Origin: Mycobacterium sp. GA-1199 | GTDB lineage: Bacteria > Actinomycetota > Actinomycetes > Mycobacteriales > Mycobacteriaceae | DNA: 32,000 nt | NCBI RefSeq assembly: GCF_001500045.1 | Contig: NZ_LQIX01000007.1 | Span: 65,451 to 97,450 of the forward strand | Direction of reading: 5' to 3' | Shown: piece after piece, positions 19,798 to 28,310 of the stretch | Layout: the number at the start of each line of letters is the position of its first letter | Numbering within the stretch: the first letter of the stretch is position 1 | Translations under genes and position numbers: made by a program | The notes under the pieces: generated by a model | Databases searched by the model: none | What the model saw: the letters and a program-made list of their open reading frames with translations, nothing else | Told to the model about the DNA's origin: nothing

Positions 19798-21138
19798 GTG
19801 GCCGACGGCCGGGTGCAGTACGCGCGCAACGGTGATGTCCGTCTCGCGTATCGAGTGTTCGGAGAATCGGGACCGGTGATTGTCTGGTCCGCGGGGTGGG
19901 CCGTGACCAATGTTGACTCCTTCGATGAGCCGGGCAGCCCGTATATGCGCATCATCGACATCGTCTCCCCCTCGTGTCAGTTCGTGGTGTGGGACAGACG
20001 TGGTACCGGTTTGTCCGACCCGGCCGGCGACATACTCACTTTCGACGAGCGGGTCGACGATTTGCGAGCGGTCATCGATGCGCTGGGCGCCGACAGACCC
20101 GTGCTCGTCGGGTCGACCGAAGGCGGCTCGATAAGCATCATCTTCGCCGCACGCTATCCAGAGCGCGTCAGCCTGCTGGCTCTCTACGCAACAGCGGCTC
20201 GATTCTCACAGGATCTCCCCGACTTCCCGTGGGGTTTCACGCCTGCGCAGATCAAGGCGCAACTCGACGAGATCGACGCCCACTGGGGTGAGGGAGCGCT
20301 CGCGGAATTGTTCTACGGACCGGCCGCCGAAACGCCGGGCGTTCGGCAGATGTTCGGCAAAATGCAGCGTTCGACCGCCAGCCCGAGCATGGCGCGGTTG
20401 CGCTGGCGCGCATTCGTGGACATCGACGTGCGCGGTGTCCTTGATTCGGTGCGCACGCCCACGCTGGTGGTTGCACGACCTGACGACCGGTTCGTCTCGA
20501 TAGAAGCCGCGCAGGCCTTGGCATCCGGCATCCCCAACGCACGGTTCCACGCGCTGCCTGCTGGCGCGCATAGCGGCTTCGACGTCCTGGACGAGTTGTG
20601 CGGCGCCATCCTGTCATTCATCGGCCACAGCCCCAGCGGGCCTGCCGACGCACGATTACTGAAGACCGTGATGTTCACCGACATCGTCGGTTCGACGGAA
20701 ACACTGAGCAGGCAAGGCGACACTCGCTGGCGCCACCGACTCGACATTCACGACTCGGTGACTGACCACGTCACCGCTGCGCACGGTGGAATCCGCGCCA
20801 ACCACACCGGCGATGGCGTGTTCCTCCTCTTCGACTCACCCTCGAGGGCGGCGCGCTGCGCTCTGGAACTCGTTCCGGCCCTGGCTTCGCGCGGTATCCC
20901 GATCCGAGTCGGACTTCACACCGGAGAGTGTGAACGTCGCGGACAGGAGTGGAGTGGTCTTGCGGTGCACACCGGCGCCCGAATCGAGGCGATGGCAGCG
21001 ACGGGCGAGATCCTTGCGAGCCGTACCGTTCGTGACCTGTCGGCAGGGTCTGGGCTGAGATTCGAATCGCTCGGCCTGCATCGGCTGAAGGGCCTACCTG
21101 AAGACACCGAAGTCTTCCGGGTGGCGGCGCCGGACTGA
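19798..21138 (+). CDS. Two-domain protein: N-terminal alpha/beta-hydrolase fold plus C-terminal class III adenylate/guanylate cyclase
   Basis: The N-terminal region reads [21 protein letters not shown]...[11 protein letters not shown]...LVGSTEGG. The C-terminal cyclase has [13 protein letters not shown] (metal Asp), [11 protein letters not shown] and [12 protein letters not shown] start at 19798; the alternative is GTG 19813. Confidence 0.88.
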   Translation: MADGRVQYARNGDVRLAYRVFGESGPVIVWSAGWAVTNVDSFDEPGSPYMRIIDIVSPSCQFVVWDRRGTGLSDPAGDILTFDERVDDLRAVIDALGADRPVLVGSTEGGSISIIFAARYPERVSLLALYATAARFSQDLPDFPWGFTPAQIKAQLDEIDAHWGEGALAELFYGPAAETPGVRQMFGKMQRSTASPSMARLRWRAFVDIDVRGVLDSVRTPTLVVARPDDRFVSIEAAQALASGIPNARFHALPAGAHSGFDVLDELCGAILSFIGHSPSGPADARLLKTVMFTDIVGSTETLSRQGDTRWRHRLDIHDSVTDHVTAAHGGIRANHTGDGVFLLFDSPSRAARCALELVPALASRGIPIRVGLHTGECERRGQEWSGLAVHTGARIEAMAATGEILASRTVRDLSAGSGLRFESLGLHRLKGLPEDTEVFRVAAPD

Positions 21139-22029
21139 CTACACCAACGGGCGACCCGTGCGTACGCGCCAGTCCAGGTCTTTGAGCAGCACGTTGAACG
21201 GGAACTGCCGAACGAACCGCGGCATCACGTTGTTGATGCGGCCGAGTACGCGCATCACCCGGTTGAATCGGCGCTGTTTTTTCGCGTCCCACGGCAGTCG
21301 CATCTCGTCGCGGAACCGCTGCGGCAGAAAGCCGGTCGTGATGAACAGGTTGATCGCGTCGGTGCGCTTCTGCAGCCACGCCGGAGCCTTCAGTTTCCCG
21401 ATCCGGCCCGCGGCAAAGGGCCACAGGTATTCCCGCATCGCGTCGTCGATGTGGACCTTGTCCAGCGACTGCTGCCAGTACTCGTCGAAGGCCTTGCGGT
21501 CGGCGGGCCACATCTGGGGGGGAACCTGCAGCGTGGTTCCCAGCGCCGCACCGTCGCGGTAGTGGCGGTCGGCGGATTCGTCATCCATCTCGCCGACGAA
21601 GACCCGGTACACGTCGACGAAGCCCTTGTACAGACAGGCAGCCACCCACAGCTGCAGGTCCTTGTCGAACGCGTTGTACTCGACCGGGCTGTCCGGCAGC
21701 GAGTACACCTCGGCGTGCGACCGGTTGACCGCACGCCGGTACGTGGCCTTCTGCTCGTCGGTGCCCGCGAGGGCGACAGCGAGGTATGTGAACGTCGTCC
21801 GCGCCCGCTTGATGGGATGCCGGTCGGCACGGCCGCTCTCGACGCGGCTGTCCTTGACGCCGTATCCGACGCCTGGTCGCGAGAGCTCCATGATCACGTT
21901 GGCCGGACCCGACAGCAGGCCGATCCCGAGCATGGCGTCCTCGGGCGCGACGTTGCGACGCAGCTTGTGCCCGGGCAGCGGCGCGTCGTTGACCGGTCTT
22001 CCGACGTGGTCGATCGGCTGGGAAACCAT
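21139..22029 (-). CDS. Oxygenase MpaB family protein (DUF2236; Rv0276-like)
   Basis: 296 aa with the segment GPANVIMELSRPGVGYGVKDSRVESGRADRHPIKRARTTFTYLAVA, typical of MpaB/DUF2236. It is divergent from a TetR gene. Its stop codon abuts the cyclase stop with a zero-nt gap. Confidence 0.82.
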   Translation of the reverse strand: MVSQPIDHVGRPVNDAPLPGHKLRRNVAPEDAMLGIGLLSGPANVIMELSRPGVGYGVKDSRVESGRADRHPIKRARTTFTYLAVALAGTDEQKATYRRAVNRSHAEVYSLPDSPVEYNAFDKDLQLWVAACLYKGFVDVYRVFVGEMDDESADRHYRDGAALGTTLQVPPQMWPADRKAFDEYWQQSLDKVHIDDAMREYLWPFAAGRIGKLKAPAWLQKRTDAINLFITTGFLPQRFRDEMRLPWDAKKQRRFNRVMRVLGRINNVMPRFVRQFPFNVLLKDLDWRVRTGRPLV

Positions 22030-22055
22030 CGGGGGACCCCTATCTCAAATGTGAG

Positions 22056-22065
22056 AACACGTGTT
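22056..22065. promoter_or_regulatory. Candidate TetR operator: perfect palindrome AACACGTGTT in the mpaB/tetR divergent intergenic region
   Basis: Read directly from the sequence (gagAACACGTGTTtc). It lies in the 72-nt region between the divergent starts at 22029 and 22102. A 10-bp palindrome alone is weak evidence. Confidence 0.3.
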
Positions 22066-22101
22066 TCCTGATATTGCCCCCGCCCGGTGCCGGGTGTCAA
22101 G

Positions 22102-22731
22102 ATGGCGGTCATGGCACAGGTCCGCCCCTACCGCGGCGTCGACGCGGCCCAACGCCTTGCGCAGCGCCGGCTGCGGCTGCTCGACGCCGGGCTCGAGTTG
22201 CTCGGCGCGGGTGCCGAGGATCTCGCGGACTTGACGGTGCGGGCCATCTGCACCAAGGCCGGCCTCGGTGTCCGCTACTTCTACGAGACGTTCCACGACA
22301 AGGACGACTTCGCCGCGCAGGTCTACGACTGGGTGATCGCCGATATCGCGGCGACGACCCAGGCGGCGGTCGCCGCCGCGCCGCCCCGCGAGCAGCCCCG
22401 TGCGGCGATGGCGAACATCGTCCACACCATCGCCGCAGATCCTCGCGTGGGCCGCTTGGTGTTCAGCGTTGAGTTGTCGAACACGGTGATCATGCGCAAA
22501 CGCGTCGAGTCCACGGCCCTGTTCGCCCAGCTGCTGCTGCAGCACGCGGGTGCGAACGTCCCCTACGACAACGAACTCGACGAAGCAGCGGCGCATTTCG
22601 CGGTCGGAGGGGTGGGCCAGACGATCAGCACATGGCTGGCGGGCCGCCTGGACCTGGCCGCCGACCAACTCATCGACCGGCTCGCGGCGAACATCAACGC
22701 GCTCTCGGGTGTGCCGACGAGCGACCCCTGA
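22102..22731 (+). CDS. TetR/AcrR family transcriptional regulator (Rv0275c-like)
   Basis: The N-terminal HTH region is LLDAGLELLGAGAEDLADLTVRAICTKAGLGVRYFYETFHDKDDF. ATG at 22102 is chosen; GTG at 22087 is possible. Confidence 0.88.
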   Translation: MAVMAQVRPYRGVDAAQRLAQRRLRLLDAGLELLGAGAEDLADLTVRAICTKAGLGVRYFYETFHDKDDFAAQVYDWVIADIAATTQAAVAAAPPREQPRAAMANIVHTIAADPRVGRLVFSVELSNTVIMRKRVESTALFAQLLLQHAGANVPYDNELDEAAAHFAVGGVGQTISTWLAGRLDLAADQLIDRLAANINALSGVPTSDP

Positions 22732-22736
22732 CAGGC

Positions 22737-23312
22737 TCAGGCGGTCACCCTCGGGCGCCGGTCCGCGGCGGTCCTCGGCGTGGCCCTCGCATCGCTCTCG
22801 CTGAATTCCTTCGTCCAGCAGGCGAATTCGAGCGTAATGCCGTCCGGGTCCAGGAAGTAGAACGACCTGACATAGACACCGGGGTGCACCGTCGGTGAAA
22901 CCTGGGCCTCGCTGTCGTCGTGATTGAGCACCGGACCGACCCGCACCCCCTTGGCCTTGAGTCGCTGCCGGTATTCGTCGAACTTCTCGGCGGGCACGTG
23001 AAATGCCAGATGGTTCATCGTGCTGACGGCGCTGACGATGTCCCCGATTCCCGGAATGGCCTCGGGCGAGGAGATGCCCGCAACCCGGTCCGGCGCGTCG
23101 GCGAACCAGAAGAACGCGACGCAGTCGCCGTTGCCGGCATCGAAGAAGAAGTGCTGCCCCATGCCTCCGGGCAGATCGAGTGACTTGATCAACGGCATAC
23201 CCAGGACGTTGCTGTAGAAGTCGACGGTTTTCGCCATATCCGAGCACACCAGCGCGACGTGGTTGATGCCGCCGAGTTCGAACTCGGTGTTGGGATTGTC
23301 GGGCCTGATCAC
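22737..23312 (-). CDS. VOC family protein (glyoxalase/bleomycin-resistance/dioxygenase fold; Rv0274-like)
   Basis: Contains INHVALVCSDMAKTVDFYSNVLGMPL...MNHLAFHV...YFLDPDGITLEF, a paired beta-alpha-beta-beta-beta module. GTG start at 23312 has a strong SD (AGGAGG) 6 nt upstream. The remaining upstream part of the 490-aa track ORF is rejected. Confidence 0.88.
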   Translation of the reverse strand: MIRPDNPNTEFELGGINHVALVCSDMAKTVDFYSNVLGMPLIKSLDLPGGMGQHFFFDAGNGDCVAFFWFADAPDRVAGISSPEAIPGIGDIVSAVSTMNHLAFHVPAEKFDEYRQRLKAKGVRVGPVLNHDDSEAQVSPTVHPGVYVRSFYFLDPDGITLEFACWTKEFSESDARATPRTAADRRPRVTA

Positions 23313-23507
23313 TGGGCGCCTCCTAGCGCGAATCTCTGGCCAGAAACGCAAATCGAATTTAGCATCAGGGGCAATCACGAGCAATGACGAACGGACCGGC
23401 ACCGCTATGACGATCGTCCCGCACGCCGCGCTGCCGGTCAAACCGATCATCAAGATCGCTGAACAGCCTGCAGCCCTTCGACTTTGGATGGGCGGGGGAC
23501 GGTTCGA

Positions 23508-24650
23508 ATGACGAGAACACCGTCGGGCAGCGTCACGCCGGGCGTCACCCGGGAGTTCGTCGGCCTCGACTCCCCCACGGCCCGGCGCGCGGGTGCGGGC
23601 GGACATCCGTGCCAGGGTCTCTATCACCGCGGCGTTGGCCGCAAACCGAAGGTCGCGATGATCGCCACGCACTACCAGATCGATTTCTCCGAGCACTATC
23701 TCGCCGATTACATGGCCACCCGCGGTATCGGCTTCCTGGGCTGGAACACCCGCTATCGCGGGTTCGAGAGCAGCTTCCTGCTCGACCATGCGCTCGTGGA
23801 CATCGGCGTTGGGGTGCGGTGGCTCCGTGAGGTTCAGGGTGTGGAAACCATTGTGTTGCTGGGAAACTCCGGGGGCGGTTCGCTGATGGCGGCGTACCAG
23901 GCACAGGCCGTCGAGCCTCATGTGACACCGCTTCCAGGTATGCGTCCCGCGGCTGGCCTGACCGACCTGCCGGCCGCTGACGGGTACGTCGCGACGGCGG
24001 CGCATCCCGGCCGTCCCGACGTGCTCACCGCCTGGATGGACGGGGCCGTCGTCGACGAAACCGACGCGGTCGCAAGCGATCCCCAACTTGATATCTTCGA
24101 TGAACGCAACGGACCCCCCTTCGATGCGGACTTCGTCGAACGGTATCGCGGTGCCCAGATCGCCCGAAACCACGCGATCACGGACTGGGCCGAGGCCGAA
24201 CTGGAGCATGTGCGCGCGGCGGGGTTCTCCGATCGCCCGTTCACGGTGCTGAGGACATGGGCGGACCCGCGCATGGTCGACCCCGCCCTGGAGCCGACCA
24301 AGCGACCGGCGAACCTGTGCTATGCCGGAGTGCCGGTGCAGGCCAACAGATCCGCGCGTGGTATCGCCGCGGCCTGCACATTGCGTAACTGGCTAGGCAT
24401 GTGGAGCCTGCGATACGCCCAGACCCGCGCCGAACCGCACCTCAACCGGATCACGTGCCCTGCACTGGTGATCAACGCCGATCAGGACACCGGGGTGTTC
24501 CCGTCGGATGCCCAGCGCATCTTCGACGCGCTTGCCAGCACGGACAAGGCACAGACCTCGATCGACACCGACCACTACTTCACCACTCCCGGGGCACGCA
24601 GCGAACAAGCCGATACCATCGCCAAGTGGATCGCGAAGCGGTGGCGTTAG
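23508..24650 (+). CDS. Alpha/beta hydrolase (Rv0272c-like)
   Basis: Nucleophile elbow LLGNSGGGS, plus a later acid/His region (INADQDTG...DTDHYF). ATG 23508 gives 380 aa; TTG 23484 is the alternative. Confidence 0.8.
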   Translation: MTRTPSGSVTPGVTREFVGLDSPTARRAGAGGHPCQGLYHRGVGRKPKVAMIATHYQIDFSEHYLADYMATRGIGFLGWNTRYRGFESSFLLDHALVDIGVGVRWLREVQGVETIVLLGNSGGGSLMAAYQAQAVEPHVTPLPGMRPAAGLTDLPAADGYVATAAHPGRPDVLTAWMDGAVVDETDAVASDPQLDIFDERNGPPFDADFVERYRGAQIARNHAITDWAEAELEHVRAAGFSDRPFTVLRTWADPRMVDPALEPTKRPANLCYAGVPVQANRSARGIAAACTLRNWLGMWSLRYAQTRAEPHLNRITCPALVINADQDTGVFPSDAQRIFDALASTDKAQTSIDTDHYFTTPGARSEQADTIAKWIAKRWR

Positions 24651-25663
24651 ACGCCGACTCGTCGCGCGGGCGCTCACCGCTGAGGGTCCTCGCTCACTTC
24701 ACGCCCGGTTCGAAGGCCATCGATTACGTTGCACCGCAGTCCGATTGGCTCGACATCCGCTATTGCGCGGAGGACGACGACACCACCTTCTACCGTGAGC
24801 TCCCCGAGGCCGACGTGATCTGGCATGTGCTCCGGCCGATTTCCGGAGACGACCTCGCCAAAGCGCGGCGTTGCCTGCTGGTGCACAAGATGGGCGCCGG
24901 GGTCAACACCATCGACGTGGGCACCGCGACCGCCCTGGGCATTGCGGTCGCCAACATGCCGGGGGCCAACGCCCCGTCGGTCGCCGAGGGCGCCGTGTTG
25001 CTGATGCTGGCCGTCCTGCGCAGGCTGACCGAACTCGACCAAGCCACCCGCGGGGGGCGGGGCTGGCCGTCCGACCCGAGCCTGGGCGAGACCGTGCGCG
25101 ACATCGGCGGCTGCACGGTCGGTTTGGTCGGCTACGGCAACGTCGCGACGAGGGTCGAGCGCATCGTGCGGGCGATGGATGCCGAGGTCCTGCACACCAG
25201 TACGCGCGACGACGGCCATCCCGGCTGGCGTGCGCTGCCCGACCTGCTGGCCACCAGCGACATCGTCTCGCTGCATCTGCCGCTGACCGATTCGACAGCG
25301 GGCATGATCGACCGCGCTGCGCTGAACCGGATGAGGCCCGGCGCCGTTCTGGTCAACACCAGCCGCGGACCCATCGTCAACGAGCCCGCGCTCGTCGAAG
25401 CGCTGCGGTCTCACAAGTTGGCCGGCGCGGGCCTCGATGTCTTCGCCACCGAGCCCGTGCCGGTCGACAACCCGCTGCTGTCGCTCGACAACGTCGTGCT
25501 CACCCCGCACGTCACCTGGTACACAGCCGACACGATGCGCAGATATCTGGAGCACGGTCTGGACAACTGCCGCCGACTCCGGGACGGCCGTGAACTGGCC
25601 AACGTCGTCAACGGTATCGTGGCTCCCAACCGACCGGTTAATAGGGATGGTCCGTCACAGTGA
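24641..25663 (+). CDS. D-isomer-specific 2-hydroxyacid dehydrogenase, NAD-binding
   Basis: Rossmann motif GLVGYGNVATRV and catalytic contexts NTSRGPIV (Arg), DVFATEP (Glu) and TPHVTWYT (His). The only conventional in-frame start upstream of the conserved N-terminus (LRVLAHF) is GTG 24641, which overlaps the upstream gene by 10 nt. The start is uncertain. Confidence 0.8.
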   Translation: MALDADSSRGRSPLRVLAHFTPGSKAIDYVAPQSDWLDIRYCAEDDDTTFYRELPEADVIWHVLRPISGDDLAKARRCLLVHKMGAGVNTIDVGTATALGIAVANMPGANAPSVAEGAVLLMLAVLRRLTELDQATRGGRGWPSDPSLGETVRDIGGCTVGLVGYGNVATRVERIVRAMDAEVLHTSTRDDGHPGWRALPDLLATSDIVSLHLPLTDSTAGMIDRAALNRMRPGAVLVNTSRGPIVNEPALVEALRSHKLAGAGLDVFATEPVPVDNPLLSLDNVVLTPHVTWYTADTMRRYLEHGLDNCRRLRDGRELANVVNGIVAPNRPVNRDGPSQ

Positions 25664-25672
25664 GGTGCGAGT

Positions 25673-27904
25673 ATGCCCATCGCAATCAATCCTGAGCACA
25701 ACGATCTGGCCGATTCGGTGCGGTCCTTCGTCGCTCGGGTGGCCCCCTCCGAGGTGCTGCACGAAGCCCTGGAGACGCCGATCTCGAATCCTCCGCCCTA
25801 CTGGAGGGGCGCGGCCGATCAGGGCCTGCAAGGTGTGCACCTGTCCGAAGATGTTGGTGGACAAGGCTTCGGGATACTCGAGCTGGCCATCGTCGCGGCG
25901 GAGTTCGGTTACGGCGCGGTGCCGGGCCCGTTCGTTCCGTCGGCCATCGCCAGCGCGCTGATCGCCGCACACGACCCCAACGCCCCACAGCTAGGGGACC
26001 TGGCCTCCGGCGCGACGATCGCGACCTACGCCATCGACTCGAGCCTGACCGCCACCCGGCACGGCGAAGGCGACGCGGCCGGACTGGTCATCCGCGGCGA
26101 GGTGCGTGCCGTGCCCGCCGCCGCACAGGCGTCTCTGCTGGTGCTGCCGGTCGCCATCGAAAGCGGCGAGGAGTGGGTGATCCTCGATGCCGACCAGCTG
26201 GAGATCGAACCCGTCACCAGCCTCGATCCGCTGCGCCCGTTGGCGCACGTGCGCGCGAACGCCATCGAAGTGGGTGACGACCGTGTGTTGAGCAATCTGA
26301 GTCGGCCATTGGCACGCGCACTGATCTCGACGCTGCTGTCCGCCGAGTGCATCGGCGTGGCGCGGTGGGCCACCGACACCGCCGCGGCGTACGCCAAGAT
26401 CCGCGAACAGTTCGGCAGGCCCATCGGCCAGTTCCAGGCTATCAAGCACAAATGCGCTTCGATGATCGCCGACACCGAGCGGGCCACCGCCGCCGTCTGG
26501 GATGCGGCCCGCGCCATCGACGAGTTCACCGCGCACGTGAGAAGCGGGCAAGACCCCGAAACCGGCTCCGCGGAAGCCGCATTCGAGTTCGCGGCGGCCG
26601 TGGCCGCCACGTTGGCACCCGAGGCCGCCCAACACTGCGCTCAGGACTGCATCCAGGTGCACGGCGGCATCGGGTTCACCTGGGAGCACGACACGAACGT
26701 GTACTACCGGCGCGCGCTGGTGCTGGCGGCCGGTTTCGGCAGGCACGCCGACTACCCGCAGCAGGTCGTCGACGTCGCGACCAGCACGGGGATGCGCAAG
26801 CTCAACATCGACCTCGATCCCGATACCGAGAAGCTGCGTGACGAGATCCGCGCGGAAGTGGCTGCGTTGAAAGCCATTCCACGTGAGGAGCGCAATGTCG
26901 CGATCGCCGAGGGTGGCTGGGTACAACCGCATCTGCCGAAGCCGTGGGGACGTGCGGCCGGCCCCGTCGAGCAGATCATCATCGCCCAGGAATTCGACAC
27001 CGGCCGGGTCAAGCGTCCGCAGATGGGCATCGCGGCGTGGATCATCCCCTCGATCGTCGCGTTCGGCACGGACGAACAGCAACAGCGTTTCCTGCCGCCC
27101 ACGTTCCGCGGCGAAATGATCTGGTGCCAACTGTTTTCCGAACCCGGTGCCGGTTCGGACCTGGCGAGCCTGACGACCAAGGCGACCAAGGTCGACGGCG
27201 GTTGGCGAATCACCGGCCAGAAGATCTGGACCACCGGTGCGCAGTACTCGCAATGGGGCGCCCTGTTGGCGCGCACCGACCCATCGGCGCCGAAACACAA
27301 CGGGATCACGTACTTCCTGCTCGACATGGCCAGCGAGGGCGTGGAGGTCAAGCCGCTGCGTGAGCTGACCGGCAACGCGATGTTCAACACCGTGTTCATC
27401 GACGACGTGTTCGTGCCCGACGAGATGGTGCTCGGCGAGGTCAACCGGGGCTGGGAGGTCAGCCGGAACACGCTAACCAACGAACGGGTTTCGATCGGCA
27501 GCAGCGAGCCGCCGTTCCTGGCCAGTTTGGTCGACTTCATCACGTTCCTCCAGGACGGGCAGTTCGACCAGATCGAGCAGAACCACGCCGGCAGGCTCAT
27601 TGCCGAAGGGCACGCCGCCAAGGTGCTCAATATGCGCTCCACGCTGCTCACGCTCGCCGGTGGCGATCCGATGCCGGCCGCGGCGATCTCCAAACTGCTG
27701 TCGATGAAGACCGGCCAGGGCTACGCGGAGTTCGCGGTGTCCTCGTTCGGCACAGACGGCGCGATCGGGGATCCGAAGCAGGAGCCCGGCCGGTGGGCGG
27801 AGTACCTGCTCGGCAGCAGGGCCACCACGATCTACGGCGGCACCACCGAGGTGCAGCTCAACATCATCGCCGAACGCCTGTTGGGACTGCCGCGCGATCC
27901 GTAA
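25673..27904 (+). CDS. fadE6: Large two-module acyl-CoA dehydrogenase (FadE6/Rv0271c-like)
   Basis: 743 aa containing two ACAD-like modules (...REQFGRPIGQFQAIKHKCA... and ...CQLFSEPGAGSDLASLTTKA...WRITGQKIWTTGA...TIYGGTTEVQLNIIAERLLGLP). Size and position next to a divergently oriented fadD2-like gene match what I recall of the M. tuberculosis arrangement. Confidence 0.85.
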   Translation: MPIAINPEHNDLADSVRSFVARVAPSEVLHEALETPISNPPPYWRGAADQGLQGVHLSEDVGGQGFGILELAIVAAEFGYGAVPGPFVPSAIASALIAAHDPNAPQLGDLASGATIATYAIDSSLTATRHGEGDAAGLVIRGEVRAVPAAAQASLLVLPVAIESGEEWVILDADQLEIEPVTSLDPLRPLAHVRANAIEVGDDRVLSNLSRPLARALISTLLSAECIGVARWATDTAAAYAKIREQFGRPIGQFQAIKHKCASMIADTERATAAVWDAARAIDEFTAHVRSGQDPETGSAEAAFEFAAAVAATLAPEAAQHCAQDCIQVHGGIGFTWEHDTNVYYRRALVLAAGFGRHADYPQQVVDVATSTGMRKLNIDLDPDTEKLRDEIRAEVAALKAIPREERNVAIAEGGWVQPHLPKPWGRAAGPVEQIIIAQEFDTGRVKRPQMGIAAWIIPSIVAFGTDEQQQRFLPPTFRGEMIWCQLFSEPGAGSDLASLTTKATKVDGGWRITGQKIWTTGAQYSQWGALLARTDPSAPKHNGITYFLLDMASEGVEVKPLRELTGNAMFNTVFIDDVFVPDEMVLGEVNRGWEVSRNTLTNERVSIGSSEPPFLASLVDFITFLQDGQFDQIEQNHAGRLIAEGHAAKVLNMRSTLLTLAGGDPMPAAAISKLLSMKTGQGYAEFAVSSFGTDGAIGDPKQEPGRWAEYLLGSRATTIYGGTTEVQLNIIAERLLGLPRDP

Positions 27905-27967
27905 AGGCGCTCGCCGAAACGGCGTAGCCTGAACTCTGCGGTTGCGTTCGAGCGGTTGGCGGTGATC

Positions 27968-28005
27968 ATGAGCGGCCAGCAATGAGTGGCCAGCAATGAG
28001 TGGCC
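27968..28005 (+). repeat. 14-bp tandem repeat ATGAGYGGCCAGCA (2 full copies plus a partial third) spanning the start codon of the next gene
   Basis: Read directly: atgagcggccagca / atgagtggccagca / atgagtggcc(tcagc). Each copy supplies an ATG, at 27968, 27982 and 27996. Confidence 0.9.
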
Positions 28006-28271
28006 TCAGCGTCCGGATCGCCCGCGTCGTTGTCGGCACCTCGGCGATGTTGGGGCTGTTGCTGACGCCTGCGGTCTTCACCGGTGATCCGGTGCCACGA
28101 GACCAGTCGGCGCCGTGCTATCCCGGCATCATCCCCGGGAACCCGTGGGCAACCTCGTGCAACTTCGGTAAACGTCCGCCGAAGATCCGCGGCGGTCCGC
28201 CCGACCAGACCGCGGTGATCGCGTGCCGTGACATCCCCGGATGCCTGTCGTGGTACATCAACGGACCCTGA
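27996..28271 (+). CDS. Small hypothetical secreted protein with four cysteines
   Basis: 91 aa with a signal-peptide-like N-terminus (RIARVVVGTSAMLGLLLTPAVFTG). The mature part is Pro/Gly-rich with 4 Cys. The third-codon position is strongly G/C-biased, consistent with real coding. I recognise no family. Confidence 0.6.
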   Translation: MSGLSVRIARVVVGTSAMLGLLLTPAVFTGDPVPRDQSAPCYPGIIPGNPWATSCNFGKRPPKIRGGPPDQTAVIACRDIPGCLSWYINGP

Positions 28272-28310
28272 TGGGCGTTTAGCGATCGCACCGAAGGCAA
28301 CAATTCAGTC

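Noticed and set aside
23313-24209. The upstream 299 codons of the 490-aa minus-strand ORF 22737-24209.
   Set aside because: Only the last 191 codons (from GTG 23312, preceded by AGGAGG) form the VOC/glyoxalase protein. The upstream part is antisense to the alpha/beta-hydrolase gene and has no protein-like features.
27912-27924. A hairpin CGCCG-aaa-CGGCG right after the fadE6 stop, as a possible terminator.
   Set aside because: The stem is 5 bp with mismatches beyond it and no T-tract. It is not distinguishable from chance in GC-rich DNA.
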